NCBI GenBank assembly: GCA_904063045.1
Contig: CAJFCJ010000001.1
Span: 1,736,001 to 1,800,000 of the forward strand
DNA from: Dimorphilus gyrociliatus
Taxonomy: Eukaryota > Animalia > Annelida
Length of the DNA stretch: 64,000 bases
Direction: 5' to 3'
A model generated the notes under the pieces. It was not told where the DNA came from. It did no database searches and saw only the letters and a program-made list of their open reading frames with translations. Position numbers and translations under genes: made by a program. Within the stretch, counting starts at the first letter, position 1, and each line of letters opens with the position of its first letter. Shown one piece after another: positions 12,741 to 29,103 of the stretch.

Positions 12741-13044
12741 ATTCTATTCATGCATTTAGTTGAGGTTTTTTTCTAACTTTCCGTACACAAAGTTTTCGAA
12801 CATTTAATGTGGGTTATGTTCTATTTTTTTTAGTTCATTTGATGTAATACTTAGAAAATAAAAGTCATCTTACAAACTCCTATAAACACAGTGTAGGTTA
12901 AAATCTATGATTTCGTAGTAAAATTGAGCCTCTATTACTAACTTGTACAATTCGCTATACTGTTTCTTAAGAAGTACTGTTGGATCTTCCTCTTCTAACC
13001 AACGCACATGTACAGGAGCGATAACTATTATAATAAACTTTCGA

Positions 13045-13299
13045 AATAGTTTTGGAAAATTCTTTTAAATTGTGTCTGCACTAAACAAAGGATACCCAAT
13101 TCCCTGTAACACGTGAGACGAAACAATGTCTCAGAGTGTTCTGAATTCTCTTTGTACAACCTGAAAGATCTAGTTTTGCCATAAAACCTCCGGGTAGTTC
13201 CAATAGAACCACTTCGCTCTGATATTTCGTCATTGGAAAATCTTCATCAATTCATGAAGAGTCATAACTAATTCATTTTTGAGAACATGGAAACGACAT
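13045..13299 (-). pseudogene. USB1: Decayed 5' fragment of USB1
   Basis: Codon-collinear with USB1 at 20712 (ATG TCG TTT CCA TGT TCT CAA AAA TGA vs ATG TCA TCT CTA TAC GCT CAA AAA AGA; LELPGGFMAKLD vs LELPDVFAANLD; GNWVSFV* vs GNWASFVY). In-frame stops at codons 9 and 16 and later. Confidence 0.85.
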
Positions 13300-13482
13300 A
13301 TCTATTCATTTTTAATCAAGAAAAGAAATCATAATGATGTTAATTTAAAAGAAAATCGTTTCTTAATTTCGTTATTTGTAAGCCATGTTTTACCGACCAT
13401 GAACCAGTCTAAAAAGTCAACAGGCAATGGAAACAGCGATTGTGGTAAAAACATAAAGCACTAAGAAGAAAGACTTAAAAAC

Positions 13483-14290
13483 ATGGCTGAGAGAAAAGTT
13501 CTAAATGTAAGTAGCATCTACTTGATAAAATTTGAAACGATTTACTTACATTCACAACTAATTGTAAATTTTCTTAGAAAAACTATCCTCCTGAGTTCGA
13601 TCCTTCGAAATTGCCCAGAGTAAGAAGAGAGCGAAATGCAGTCTTCGAAATCCGTATTATGGCACCCTTTAATATGAGGTTGATTATAATTTAAATAATA
13701 ACAATACCACTAATATTTCATGAGTTGAACAGGTGTAATAATTGCGGAGAATATATTTACAAGGGAAAGAAATTCAATTCCCGTAAAGAAGATGTACCTA
13801 ATGAACGCTATTTGGATTTATATATTTATCGGTTTTACATAAAATGTCCAAGATGTGTATCGGAAATTGCATTTAAGGTTAGTCTTCATACCATATCGAC
13901 AGAAAGATAGCAAACGATTATTGTTCACAGACAGATCCCGAAAATGCTGATTATAAGTTGGAAGCAGGAGCCACTAGAAATTTTGAAGCTCCTGAAACGG
14001 CTAAAAAGGAAGATGATGATAGGAACGCAGTGCAAGTCGTTGAAAACAGGACAAAAACTTCCCAAAAGGAAATAGAAGACTTAAACATCCTACTTTCAAA
14101 TATGGTAAAAAATAATAATCAAGTTAACTAATATACATTTAATGTTTTATAATTTTCTCAGGGAAATGAGGAATCCAAAAAGACAAATCTGCTTAGGAAT
14201 GAAAAAAATGCTTCTAACCTTATGAAGGGAGAAGATCTTAAAGTTCAAAAAACACACGATCAAACCGACACTGAAGAAGAAGGAAGATAG
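13483..14290 (+). CDS. YJU2/CCDC94 partial paralog with an internal in-frame deletion and a shortened C-terminus; reading frame intact over 5 exons
   Basis: MAERKVLN|KNYPPEFDP... with the CxxC...CxxC Zn module retained. Exon 4 is fused to the end of the parental exon 5; the last exon GNEESKK...EEEGR* is open. Confidence 0.8.
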
Positions 14291-14690
14291 TGAACATAAA
14301 ACAAATATAGATATATAGAAGTAAAGATTGAATCAGAAGGTCCTTATTTCTATCTTTAAACTCTTCAATTTCAGAGAAATATTTTATAATAGAAGGGTTA
14401 TGAAAGTGTCAGATAGAAAGCCAGCATTGCTTTTGTGCTTAATGCGAAACGTGCTTCAAGGGCAAAGTCGAAACTCAGTCTCACAATCCAGGTGTTCAAT
14501 GTTAAGAACGCTTAAAATAAACTCCAAGAACAGGTATATGGAAATTATCTTGAAGACCCTATAAGGTACAAAGCGACTCCCAATCAGCATTCGTTACGTT
14601 TAATTGTCCAGTGTAATCATGACAAATTCACTACATGCAAAATTTATTATGCTTTACTAGATTTGAAACTACAAAAAATTAAAATTAAAT

Positions 14691-19658
<4,968 letters not shown>

Positions 19659-19962
19659 AACTGAAGAGTTACCATAATCCACATCGATTACAACTCACAC
19701 TGAAGTGTTGCGCAAGAAAGAGACATCTCTGAGTGATATCTATATCTAGGCGACCATTTCCTGTTCCTTCCATTAGAGACGCCATCTATCGTGCTATTTA
19801 CACGATAGACCCCATATTAAAATTGATGAAGCATCAAATTGTGTTGTTCATTGGTGTTATCTTAACTTGAATTATCTCTTTTATTGATAACTTACAAAAA
19901 TTATAACAAGAAGAACAATAAACAAATAACAATATATCATAATCAATCATAATCTTTATGTA

Positions 19963-20712
19963 TTAAATATTTATCATAAAAGTTTTATTTCCTGTCGAAA
20001 AAAAAAGCTGATGTAATCTTTCGCGAATCAGAACCTCCTCAGAGTCGATTAGAGATTGTAAAGATTTTAATAATTTACTACTATTTACGTTTTCTTTTAG
20101 ATTACCCAGTGTCCAAGCAACGCTTACATGAAATTTTGGTTCTTCATAATATAATGGCAGTTGATACTCGGCTAATGTTTTATCAACTATATTCGTTGAT
20201 AATTGTAAAAATTCTTTATCATATTCCATCTCAAAAACAATAAAAGATCTTGTCTTCTCATCATTTACTAATATATCCAATTGTGAAGAAAAGCATTCTA
20301 CTGTTTCTATATCACGAAAGTTTTGTTCTAAATCATCACGAAATGATTCAATCAAATGATGTTGTAAAATAAAAGTTTTCGATAAGCTTAAATGAAAATC
20401 CTTAAATAATTTTAGATCAATATTTAATATTTGAGCCTCTGAAATGAACTTTTGAAAGAAGCCTTCTAAATGATCTAAATCAAATTTATAATAAACAAAA
20501 GATGCCCAATTCCCGGCAACGTGTGAAAAAGAACGAACACGTCCCTCATATTTGTTTGAGTGCTCCGTTGAATCATCTCTATCTAGGTTTGCAGCAAAAA
20601 CATCAGGTAGTTCCAATTTAGACACTTGTTTTGACTGTTTTACCGGTGGAATATCTTCATCACTCGATGAAGAATCATAATTAGTTCTTTTTTGAGCGTA
20701 TAGAGATGACAT
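19963..20712 (-). CDS. USB1: U6 snRNA phosphodiesterase 1 (2H family), single exon
   Basis: Two HxS motifs (FHLSLS, FHVSVAW) and the RVRSFSHVAGNWASFVY N-terminal motif. Confidence 0.93.
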   Translation of the reverse strand: MSSLYAQKRTNYDSSSSDEDIPPVKQSKQVSKLELPDVFAANLDRDDSTEHSNKYEGRVRSFSHVAGNWASFVYYKFDLDHLEGFFQKFISEAQILNIDLKLFKDFHLSLSKTFILQHHLIESFRDDLEQNFRDIETVECFSSQLDILVNDEKTRSFIVFEMEYDKEFLQLSTNIVDKTLAEYQLPLYYEEPKFHVSVAWTLGNLKENVNSSKLLKSLQSLIDSEEVLIRERLHQLFFSTGNKTFMINI

Positions 20713-20915
20713 ATCTATTTATTTACATATTTTTAGTAAGAAGGCAATTACCATGAAGTTATCTCAAAAGAAAAACGCACTCCTAATCGTTTCCTAATTT
20801 TGTGATCTGTAAACCATGCTTTATTGACCATGAACCAGTCTAAAAAGTCAACTGGTTATAGTAGCAGCGAAATCGTGGTACAAACGTAAAGCTGTGAGAA
20901 GAAAGGCTTAAAAAC

Positions 20916-22158
20916 ATGACTGAGAGAAAAGTTCTAAATGTAAGTAGCATCTACTTGATAAAATTTGAAACGATTTACTTAAATTCATAACTAATTGTAA
21001 ATTTTAATAGAAATACTATCCTCCTGACTTCGATCCTTCGAAATTGCCCAGAGTAAGAAGAGAGCGAAATGCAGTCTTCGAAATCCGTATTATGGCACCC
21101 TTTAATATGAGGTTGATTATAATTTAAATAATAACAATACCACTAATATTTCATGAGTTGAACAGGTGTAATAATTGCGGAGAATATATTTACAAGGGAA
21201 AGAAATTCAATTCCCGTAAAGAAGATGTACCTAATGAACGCTATTTGGATTTATATATTTATCGGTTTTACATAAAATGTCCAAGATGTGTATCGGAAAT
21301 TGCATTTAAGGTTAGTCTTCATACCATATCGACAGAAAGATAGCAAACGATTATTGTTCACAGACAGATCCCGAAAATGCTGATTATAAGTTGGAAGCAG
21401 GAGCTACTAGAAATTTTGAAGCTCTCAGAACAGCTGAAATTCTAGCCAAAAAGGAAGAAGAAAAAATGAAAGAAGAGGAAGATAATAATCCAATGAAAGT
21501 TCTTGAAAATAGAACAAAAGCTTCACAAAAAGAAATGGAAAATTTAGAGGTTCTGGAAGAAATTAAGCAACAAAATTCAAGACATGCGAAAATGGATCAC
21601 GAAGATATTATTAATCTTCATCAAGCATACGGAGAGCAGCTCAAAAAGCTACAAGACGAAGAAGATGAAAAATTAATTCAGTAAGTTATTCCAAATTGTT
21701 CTTTAAATATTAAACTAACTTAATTTCCTCTAGATCACTATTCAAGAAAAAAGAGCCAATTATTAAACGCTTAAGTGATAATGACGACCAAGAAGAGATA
21801 TCTATTTCAAAGAAATTAAAACTAGGAAACAGCCCCAGTGATGTTCTACTTTCAAATACAGTAAATAATAATAATTAAGTCCAATTAAGACACATTTGAT
21901 GATTTAAAATTTTCTCAGGAAATAAAGAAACCGGAAAAGGCAACTCTGCTAAGCAACCGAAAAAATATTTCCAGCTTTATCAAGAGAAAGGATCCCAAAG
22001 CGGAGAAAAAACCAGTGAAACTAACTGTGAAGAAGGAAGACGGTGAAGATAGTAAAAAAATAGATACTATAGAACTAAAGAATGAATCAAAAGCCCCTGT
22101 TCCTGGGTGCTTATCGCTGTTAAGCGGATATTGTAACACATCGTCTGATTCAGAATAA
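20916..22158 (+). CDS. YJU2: Splicing factor YJU2/CCDC94, full length; 6 exons
   Basis: MTERKVLN|[34 protein letters not shown], and the acidic C-terminus [15 protein letters not shown]. Confidence 0.95.
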
Positions 22159-22436
22159 CTGAATGTATAAAATGTATAAAAATATTGTTTTAATATCATT
22201 TCATATTAGAAGATTGCTTTTATTATCAAAGAAATATATTATTCCTGATGTCAATACTTGAATATTTCTCAAGTAATTCCCCAATCTTCCTATTTTAAAG
22301 AAAGGGAACACTCTTCAAGAAAGCAGCTCATGTCACAAAAATACAAAGAGTGAAATATTAATTATTCGTTCATTTAGGAAAAAATACAAGTGATATTGAC
22401 ATACATGATATTACTAATATATATTGTTCAAAGGTA

Positions 22437-22446
22437 CGCATGCGCA
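22437..22446. promoter_or_regulatory. NRF1-like palindrome CGCATGCGCA upstream of the truncated TOP1 copy
   Basis: Direct sequence match; the flanks are homologous to the same site at 25761. Confidence 0.6.
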
Positions 22447-22508
22447 GTTGCGAATATCTACAACTAATTTAGAGAGCAAGCATTGCTAAAGCTATTTAAT
22501 TCTCAGAA

Positions 22509-23246
22509 ATGGCTACAAAAACAGAAGACAAAGTTAGGTGGAATTTTCTAGAACATAATGGAGTCGTTTTTGCTCCAGACTATGAGCGAATTCCAGATGA
22601 TGTTAGATTTTCTTATAACGGAGAGATTATGAAGCTGTCTGAAGCTGCTGAGGAGATGGCAACTTTCTATGCCAAGATGTTGGGTCACGATTACGCCTCT
22701 AAGAAGATTTTCAATGACAACTTCTTTAGAGATTGGAGAAAAACAATGACAACAGAGGAACGTTTAAAAATAACTGATTTATCGAAATGCGATTTTAGAG
22801 AGATGCATGAATACTTTCTGAAAAAGACTGAAGAGCGAAAAGCAATGACCAAGGAAGAGAAGCAAGAAATTAAAAAGAAAAATGAAGAAATTATGAAAGA
22901 ATATGGTTTTTATACTATTGATGGACGTACTGAAAAAATTGGCAACTTTAAAATTGAACCGCCAGGATTATTCAGAGGTAGAGGTGACCATCCTAAACAG
23001 GGATGCCTAAAGAAACGTGTACAACCAGAAGATGTCATTATCAACTGTTCAAAAGACTCAAAAATTCCGGAAGCTCCCCCTGGACATAAATGGAAAGAGG
23101 TTCGACACGACAACACAGTTACCTGGTTAGCGTGTTGGACCGACAACATTCAAGGACATATTAAATACATGATGCAAAGTACCATCGATAATCAAAGCAC
23201 TTTTAACATTGAAAAACTGGAAATCAGTTCAGAAGACAAAAAATAA
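22509..23246 (+). CDS. Truncated TOP1 paralog encoding only the DNA-binding cap (core subdomains I-II), intronless, 245 aa
   Basis: Aligns to TOP1 from KWNFLEHKG to KYVML, then an unrelated 20-aa tail. None of the catalytic residues are present; the ORF is uninterrupted. Confidence 0.8.
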   Translation: MATKTEDKVRWNFLEHNGVVFAPDYERIPDDVRFSYNGEIMKLSEAAEEMATFYAKMLGHDYASKKIFNDNFFRDWRKTMTTEERLKITDLSKCDFREMHEYFLKKTEERKAMTKEEKQEIKKKNEEIMKEYGFYTIDGRTEKIGNFKIEPPGLFRGRGDHPKQGCLKKRVQPEDVIINCSKDSKIPEAPPGHKWKEVRHDNTVTWLACWTDNIQGHIKYMMQSTIDNQSTFNIEKLEISSEDKK

Positions 23247-23389
23247 TGCAGAAAGGGGGAGAAGAAGGAGAATCTATGTTCAATTATTTTATTGCTGTTT
23301 ATTCATTCCAGAAATATGAAAGCTATTTTATATATAACAAGTAATTTAATACTACATTTCTATACGATGTAAATAGGCTGTTCAATGAT

Positions 23390-24871
23390 TTATAGAATAG
23401 GTGTTGAATCGTTCCATTCGACTCTTGCATCTTTCCATTTGGTTCTAATACATAACTCCAAAGGTGGCACTAACTCTTCACCCTCTTTTTCTGGTGGAAC
23501 ATAATTTTTCTCGGTGGTGATAATAGTAAGCCGAATTTCGTTTAGTTGATTACTAAGACCATCATAATAGAACAAATCAAAGAATCTTTCAGCTTTCCAA
23601 TCATTCACTAGAGCTTTATTAGTGCTAAATAAAACGCTATAATGACTCTCGGAGCAGATCAACCATATAGGAGATTTCGGAGTTTTTAGATAACTTCCTA
23701 CTTCAACACTACGATAATGGTCAAAGAGTGAAAGCATTCCTATTATCTGTCTTTGATCAATTCCTTTCAAAATTAAATCATCTAAGCTTTTGTTATCGTT
23801 AAATGTATTTGAACAAGCTCTACCAGTGAGTAAAAGATTCACTAATTCTTGAGAGCAGTAATTATGAGATGCTATTAAACACTTATCTACTTCATCCATA
23901 TCTCTTTTTACCGTTCTTATTGATCTGGAAAGTATTACGCTGTAAATAATTAATAAAACTCCACCCTCTGCTATAAATGAGTCTATGTGCTGTTCTATGT
24001 AGCTTTCCAATTCGTTTATATTTTTGCAGGTGTGAATATTCAATTTTTCTGTAATACTATCGTGAGGAAGATTGACCGTCGATGGAATGTGAGGAGTTCT
24101 ACCTTTTATGCATACACTGCCCGTTCTTCCTTCACCAGCCGACCAGATCATATGCAAAATAGCTTTAATCAATGATTTCTTTATCAAAACAGGATTCCTT
24201 AGACGCTCTGAACGCATACTATCACCGCTCATTTCAGAGAAAAGTAAATAGTACAGTAACCAAGCTTGAATGGCAGCTAACGCACCACAAGGCCCACCCT
24301 TTCTTTGCACAATTCCATAAAGTAGTTTAGGCTCTTCATTAAAAGCTATATCTTGTTCAACCCACTCTGCCGACCAACAAACAGAACTACTCTTTAACAA
24401 TAGCCGACGAAGATCCCGAGCAGTTTGTACTTCAATAGGCTTTCCAACTATTTTTTGTATTGTTGGGCAAGGTTTAGTACACTGAACAAGGGGAGGAGCT
24501 AATGGCTCGATTTCGTCATTATCAAAATCTTCTAATTCAGTCTGAACAATAGGATTTGCTTGGAGATCATTTAAAGGTGTTTCTTTAGGTATAGAATCTG
24601 TCAGAAAAGTAGGAGAAACTGCAGAAGTAGGTGGGGACTGAGAATTCTCTTGCTTGATACACTTCCCTTTGGCAATACGTCGTTTATTGGGAAAAACAGT
24701 GGGAGCTGTGTCTGCGGGGGGTTTTGGTTTCCCTAATATACCACCATATTCGTTTCCATATTCCAAAGAGCCCTCTTCCGATGCATCGTCTAAAACCAAA
24801 TCGGTCGACTGGCTTTTCCTAAGTTGATCACGAATTTGACGAACATTGGATGCTAATTTAAAACAAAACAA
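23390..24871 (-). CDS. MINDY-family deubiquitinase (MINDY4/FAM188B-like); upstream exons not resolved
   Basis: GGPCGALAAIQA catalytic Cys motif, SESHYSVLF His motif, FDLFYYDGL, and LELCIRTKW at the C-terminus. Confidence 0.85.
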   Translation of the reverse strand: MFCFKLASNVRQIRDQLRKSQSTDLVLDDASEEGSLEYGNEYGGILGKPKPPADTAPTVFPNKRRIAKGKCIKQENSQSPPTSAVSPTFLTDSIPKETPLNDLQANPIVQTELEDFDNDEIEPLAPPLVQCTKPCPTIQKIVGKPIEVQTARDLRRLLLKSSSVCWSAEWVEQDIAFNEEPKLLYGIVQRKGGPCGALAAIQAWLLYYLLFSEMSGDSMRSERLRNPVLIKKSLIKAILHMIWSAGEGRTGSVCIKGRTPHIPSTVNLPHDSITEKLNIHTCKNINELESYIEQHIDSFIAEGGVLLIIYSVILSRSIRTVKRDMDEVDKCLIASHNYCSQELVNLLLTGRACSNTFNDNKSLDDLILKGIDQRQIIGMLSLFDHYRSVEVGSYLKTPKSPIWLICSESHYSVLFSTNKALVNDWKAERFFDLFYYDGLSNQLNEIRLTIITTEKNYVPPEKEGEELVPPLELCIRTKWKDARVEWNDSTPIL

Positions 24872-25760
24872 CGTACGTATTAGGTAGCATGATTAGATAG
24901 AAGCGAAACTTAACTTGTTTTTCCCTTGAACATGATTGAACTTAAATGAAGAGGAAAGGGGGAGTGAGGGAGGGATAGGAATACATTGAGTTAACATATC
25001 TTCCTTATTTAAGATAATATTACCAATTAAGATTGTTTTTTTTAGTATTATGTAATTTAGTACAATTTATGTTAGTAATTTTACAACCATTTAAGTCTAG
25101 TACGAAAAATCAAGTAACCTAAAATATTGCAACATTATTTAAAAAAATGGAAAAGACGTATTGAAACGTTTAAATATAAAAATCGAAGATTGGATTATAT
25201 TGAGTATTGAAGATAGTATGTCAAATTTTAATCCATTTTAAATATTACTATGTTCTCAATCATGATAATTATGTATACTTATCGAATGCGTTTGAGCTTT
25301 GTAAATTAATTTATCTACCTGCAAAAACCATTTGCTTTCCGCTATCCATTGCTTTATAGACTTCATTGAAGGTCAGGGACGTTGTTAAGATAAACAACTT
25401 TAATCTGATTTTCGGCTTGTACAAGCATGGCGAAAATTTTTTTACTATATTAAAAATTGCTAAGTAGGCAATGTTTTTTAAAGTAATAAAGTGTAATATA
25501 TTATAAGTCATTTTCTTTGTGAATTACAAAATATTACTTAATAAGACGTAACAAAGAAACAGGACAATGCTTAAACTTAGTATGAAATGTCGCTTTTTTT
25601 GTAGATATTGAAATGAAAGGTTGTATTGAAAAAATAATAAAATAGACTGCGCTGCTCTCGATAAATGGCATATACAAACACTTGTGTCAAAAAAAATAAA
25701 TTCAAGTTCCCGCCTTCAAAACTCTTGTGTCGCCATCTATGATTTCAATATAAAAGGGAA

Positions 25761-25770
25761 CGCATGCGCA
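25761..25770. promoter_or_regulatory. NRF1-like palindrome CGCATGCGCA in the MINDY4/TOP1 divergent promoter
   Basis: Direct sequence match 91 bp upstream of the TOP1 ATG. Confidence 0.6.
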
Positions 25771-25860
25771 GTTGGCCATATCTGGAACTTTGCCATCACA
25801 GCCGACGCCATAACGAAAATCATAAAGATCAGCACATTTCGAAATTAAGTTACCTAGATC

Positions 25861-28658
25861 ATGGAGACCAGCGACTTTTCTAACGGTGACGTAAGTATAC
25901 GATTTAGAGCTTTGCTTGAAAATTAATGCTATACCCTTAAATGGAATTAAAATGCCTTAATAACTAGTTAGTCGGCGGTTTTAGAGACCGCGTTGTCTAG
26001 AGCAAAATGGCTGAAAATTTCAGAGTCCCACGCCGCTCAAGCAAACTATGTTATTTTGGAATTTTAGTCATTTAATTTTATTTCTACTTCATTTTGGACA
26101 TATAATAAAACATATTTTGCATGTTTCAGATGTTGTTCGACACCAGACGAGGTGGTTTGTGTTTACTTATTAAATTGACACAAAATATTAATTACTTATA
26201 TGATTCCCTAATAAATGTGTGCATATAGATGATTATACAAGAACTAACGGGGAAAAACACGAAAAACATAAAAAAAAGGAGCATAAAAAGCACAAAAGCC
26301 ATAAGCACGACCGGGAAAAGGACAAAGACCGCAAAAGTTCGTCTGATAGACACAAGCACCGTCATTCCGATAAGGTAAAGCGTGAACATGAGGACGGACA
26401 CGAAATGAAGATAAAAGTTGAGACTGTAAGTCCTATGAAAACTCGAGAAGATGAGGATGATTATGACGATGTACCTTTGGTAAAACAATTTTATATAACA
26501 AAGTAACGATAATGACGTAATATTGTTTTTTTAGACTAAACGAATTAAGGTAAAAAAAGAGCACGGTGAAGAGAGTAAAATGTATGTAGTAATCATCATT
26601 ATATAAGTGAATAATTCAATAAACCGAATGAATATATTTGTACAGAAAAGAAAAGAAGGCGAAAAAGAGGAAAAATGAAGGAAATTCATTAGAGTCTCCA
26701 GTAAGCTTTATTATTACATTATGGTTTTTTTTTTAATTTTCTTCTTATTCTGGCAAAGGAGAGAAAAATCAAAAAAGAAGTCAAGACCAAAGATGGATCT
26801 CCAAAGAAAGGTAGAAAGAAAAAGGACGAAGAGGTAGAAAAATGGAAATGGTGGGAAGAGGATAGAAGAGAGGACGGTGTTAAATGGAATTTTCTCGAAC
26901 ATAAAGGCGTCGTTTTTGCTCCAGACTATGAGCGAATTCCAGATGATGTTAGATTTTCTTATAACGGAAAGATTATGAAGCTGTCTGAAACTGCCGAGGA
27001 GGTGGCAACTTTCTATGCCAAGATGTTGGATCACGACTATACCTCTAAGAAGATTTTCAATGACAACTTCTTTAGAGATTGGAGAAAAACAATGACAACA
27101 GAGGAACGTTTAAAAATAACTGATTTATCGAAATGCGATTTTAGAGAGATGCATGAATACTTTCTGAAAAAGACTGAAGAGCGAAAAGCAATGACCAAGG
27201 AAGAGAAGCAAGAAATTAAAAAGAAAAATGAAGAAATTATGAAAGAATATGGTTTTTGTAAAATTGATGGACATACCGAAAAAATTGGCAACTTTAAAAT
27301 TGAACCTCCCGCTTTGTTTAGAGGTAGAGGTGACCATCCTAAACAGGGCTGCCTAAAGAAACGTGTACAACCAGAAGATGTCATTATCAACTGTTCAAAA
27401 GACTCAAAAATTCCGGAAGCTCCCCCTGGACATAAATGGAAAGAGGTTCGACACGACAACACAGTTACCTGGTTAGCGAGTTGGACCGAAAATGTTCAGG
27501 GACAAACAAAATATGTAATGCTCAATGCCAGTTCGAAATTAAAAGGAGAAAAAGACTGGATGAAATACGAAACTGCTCGTCGACTTCATCAAAGGATAGA
27601 AAAAATTAGACAAGAATATCGAGACGATCTCAAGAACAAAGAAATGAGAATTCGTCAAAGAGCTGTTGCTATGTATTTTATAGATAAATTGGCATTGAGA
27701 GCTGGTAATGAGAAGGATGAAGAACAAGCTGACACAGTCGGTTGCTGCTCTTTGCGTGTTGAGCACATAACGCTTCACCCTAATAAGGACGGAAAGGAAT
27801 TTGTGGTTGAGTTCGATTTCCTTGGAAAAGATTGTATTCGTTATTATAATTGTGTTCCGGTTGAGAAGAAAGTTTTCAAGAATTTACAAATATTTATGGA
27901 AAATAAGCAAAAAGGCGATGATCTGTTCGATCGATTGAATACAGCGATTTTGAACAAACACTTGAACAGTCTTATGGATGGCCTCACTGCCAAAGTTTTT
28001 AGAACATACAATGCCTCAGTTACCTTGCAATCGCAACTGGATCAATTAACCGTTTCAGATGACAATATAACAAAAAAACTTCTATCTTTCAATCGGGCTA
28101 ACAGGGCTGTCGCTATTCTTTGTAACCATCAAAGATCCGTACCAAAAACATTCGAAAAATCAATGGAAAGACTTCAAGAGAAGATTGAGGCCAAAAAGGA
28201 GGCTATACGCGCTTGTAAGAAAGAAGTTAAAGATGCTAAAGCAGAATATAAACAAACTGGGTACATAATTTATTTGTAATTTTAAATACCCCTCGTAATT
28301 TTACCTTTAAATTTCATCAGATCTGATAAGGCTGGCACCGCTTATGAGAAGAAGAAGAAGCAGTTACAACGCCTTGAAGAGCAACTGGCAAAGCTTGAAA
28401 TGACTGCCACTGACAAAGATGAGGGTAAAGAAATTGCACTTGGAACTTCCAAGTTGAATTATTTGGATCCAAGAATATCAGTTGCTTGGTTGGTATTTTA
28501 TTGTAAAATAGAATTATCTTTATGCTAAATTTCATTTAAATTTTAAAATCTTCAGGTGCAAGAAATGGGAAGTACCAATTGAAAAGGTTTACAATAAAAC
28601 ACAAAGGGATAAATTTGCTTGGGCTATTGAAATGGCTGGAGAAGACTTCTCCTTTTAG
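25861..28658 (+). CDS. TOP1: DNA topoisomerase I (type IB), full length
   Basis: K/H-rich N-terminus, [24 protein letters not shown] and the catalytic SKLNYLDPR; last exon ends EDFSF* at 28658. Confidence 0.97.
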
Positions 28659-29103
28659 AGATTTTATTATCTTGTTTGTTTATGTACTATCGTTACATAT
28701 GGAATATAACTAACGTATACGTTAGACTTAGGAGATTATTCTTTTTCAAATATTTATAATCAATGAGCATGTGTGCGAGCACTCTTACCTATATATAAAT
28801 ATATATACGTATACAAATATGTATATATGTATGTATATATTGAACACCTACGAAATTTCACTTATTGTTATCATGTGAAGTTAATCAGTAATATCGATGT
28901 TGTTCATCTCTATAGTATGTGCTTTTACTTCTAATATTACGTTTGTGATGCAGAGGATTCTTTATTTAATATATGGTTATGGATACGTGTTTTTACAACT
29001 CTGAGTTATTCAGATTTCAAATCTTATCTATGCCGCCAAAATATCGAATACAAACCTAAATCATCTATGGCGTAACAGTGTCCACATTAACGATGATTGT
29101 ACA

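Noticed and set aside
13399-13464. Short uORF MNQSKKST upstream of both YJU2 copies
   Set aside because: Lengths and frames differ between the copies, and the shared sequence is explained by the duplication; it may lie upstream of the TSS.
14328-14564. 78-aa ORF after the YJU2 paralog
   Set aside because: It begins in decayed YJU2 3' sequence with a non-ATG start and has no homology I can recognise; an extra exon cannot be excluded.
25960-26075. GC-richer patch with an ATG in TOP1 intron 1 (possible alternative first exon or ncRNA)
   Set aside because: The frame closes after 22 codons, with no convincing donor, snoRNA boxes or stable fold by eye.
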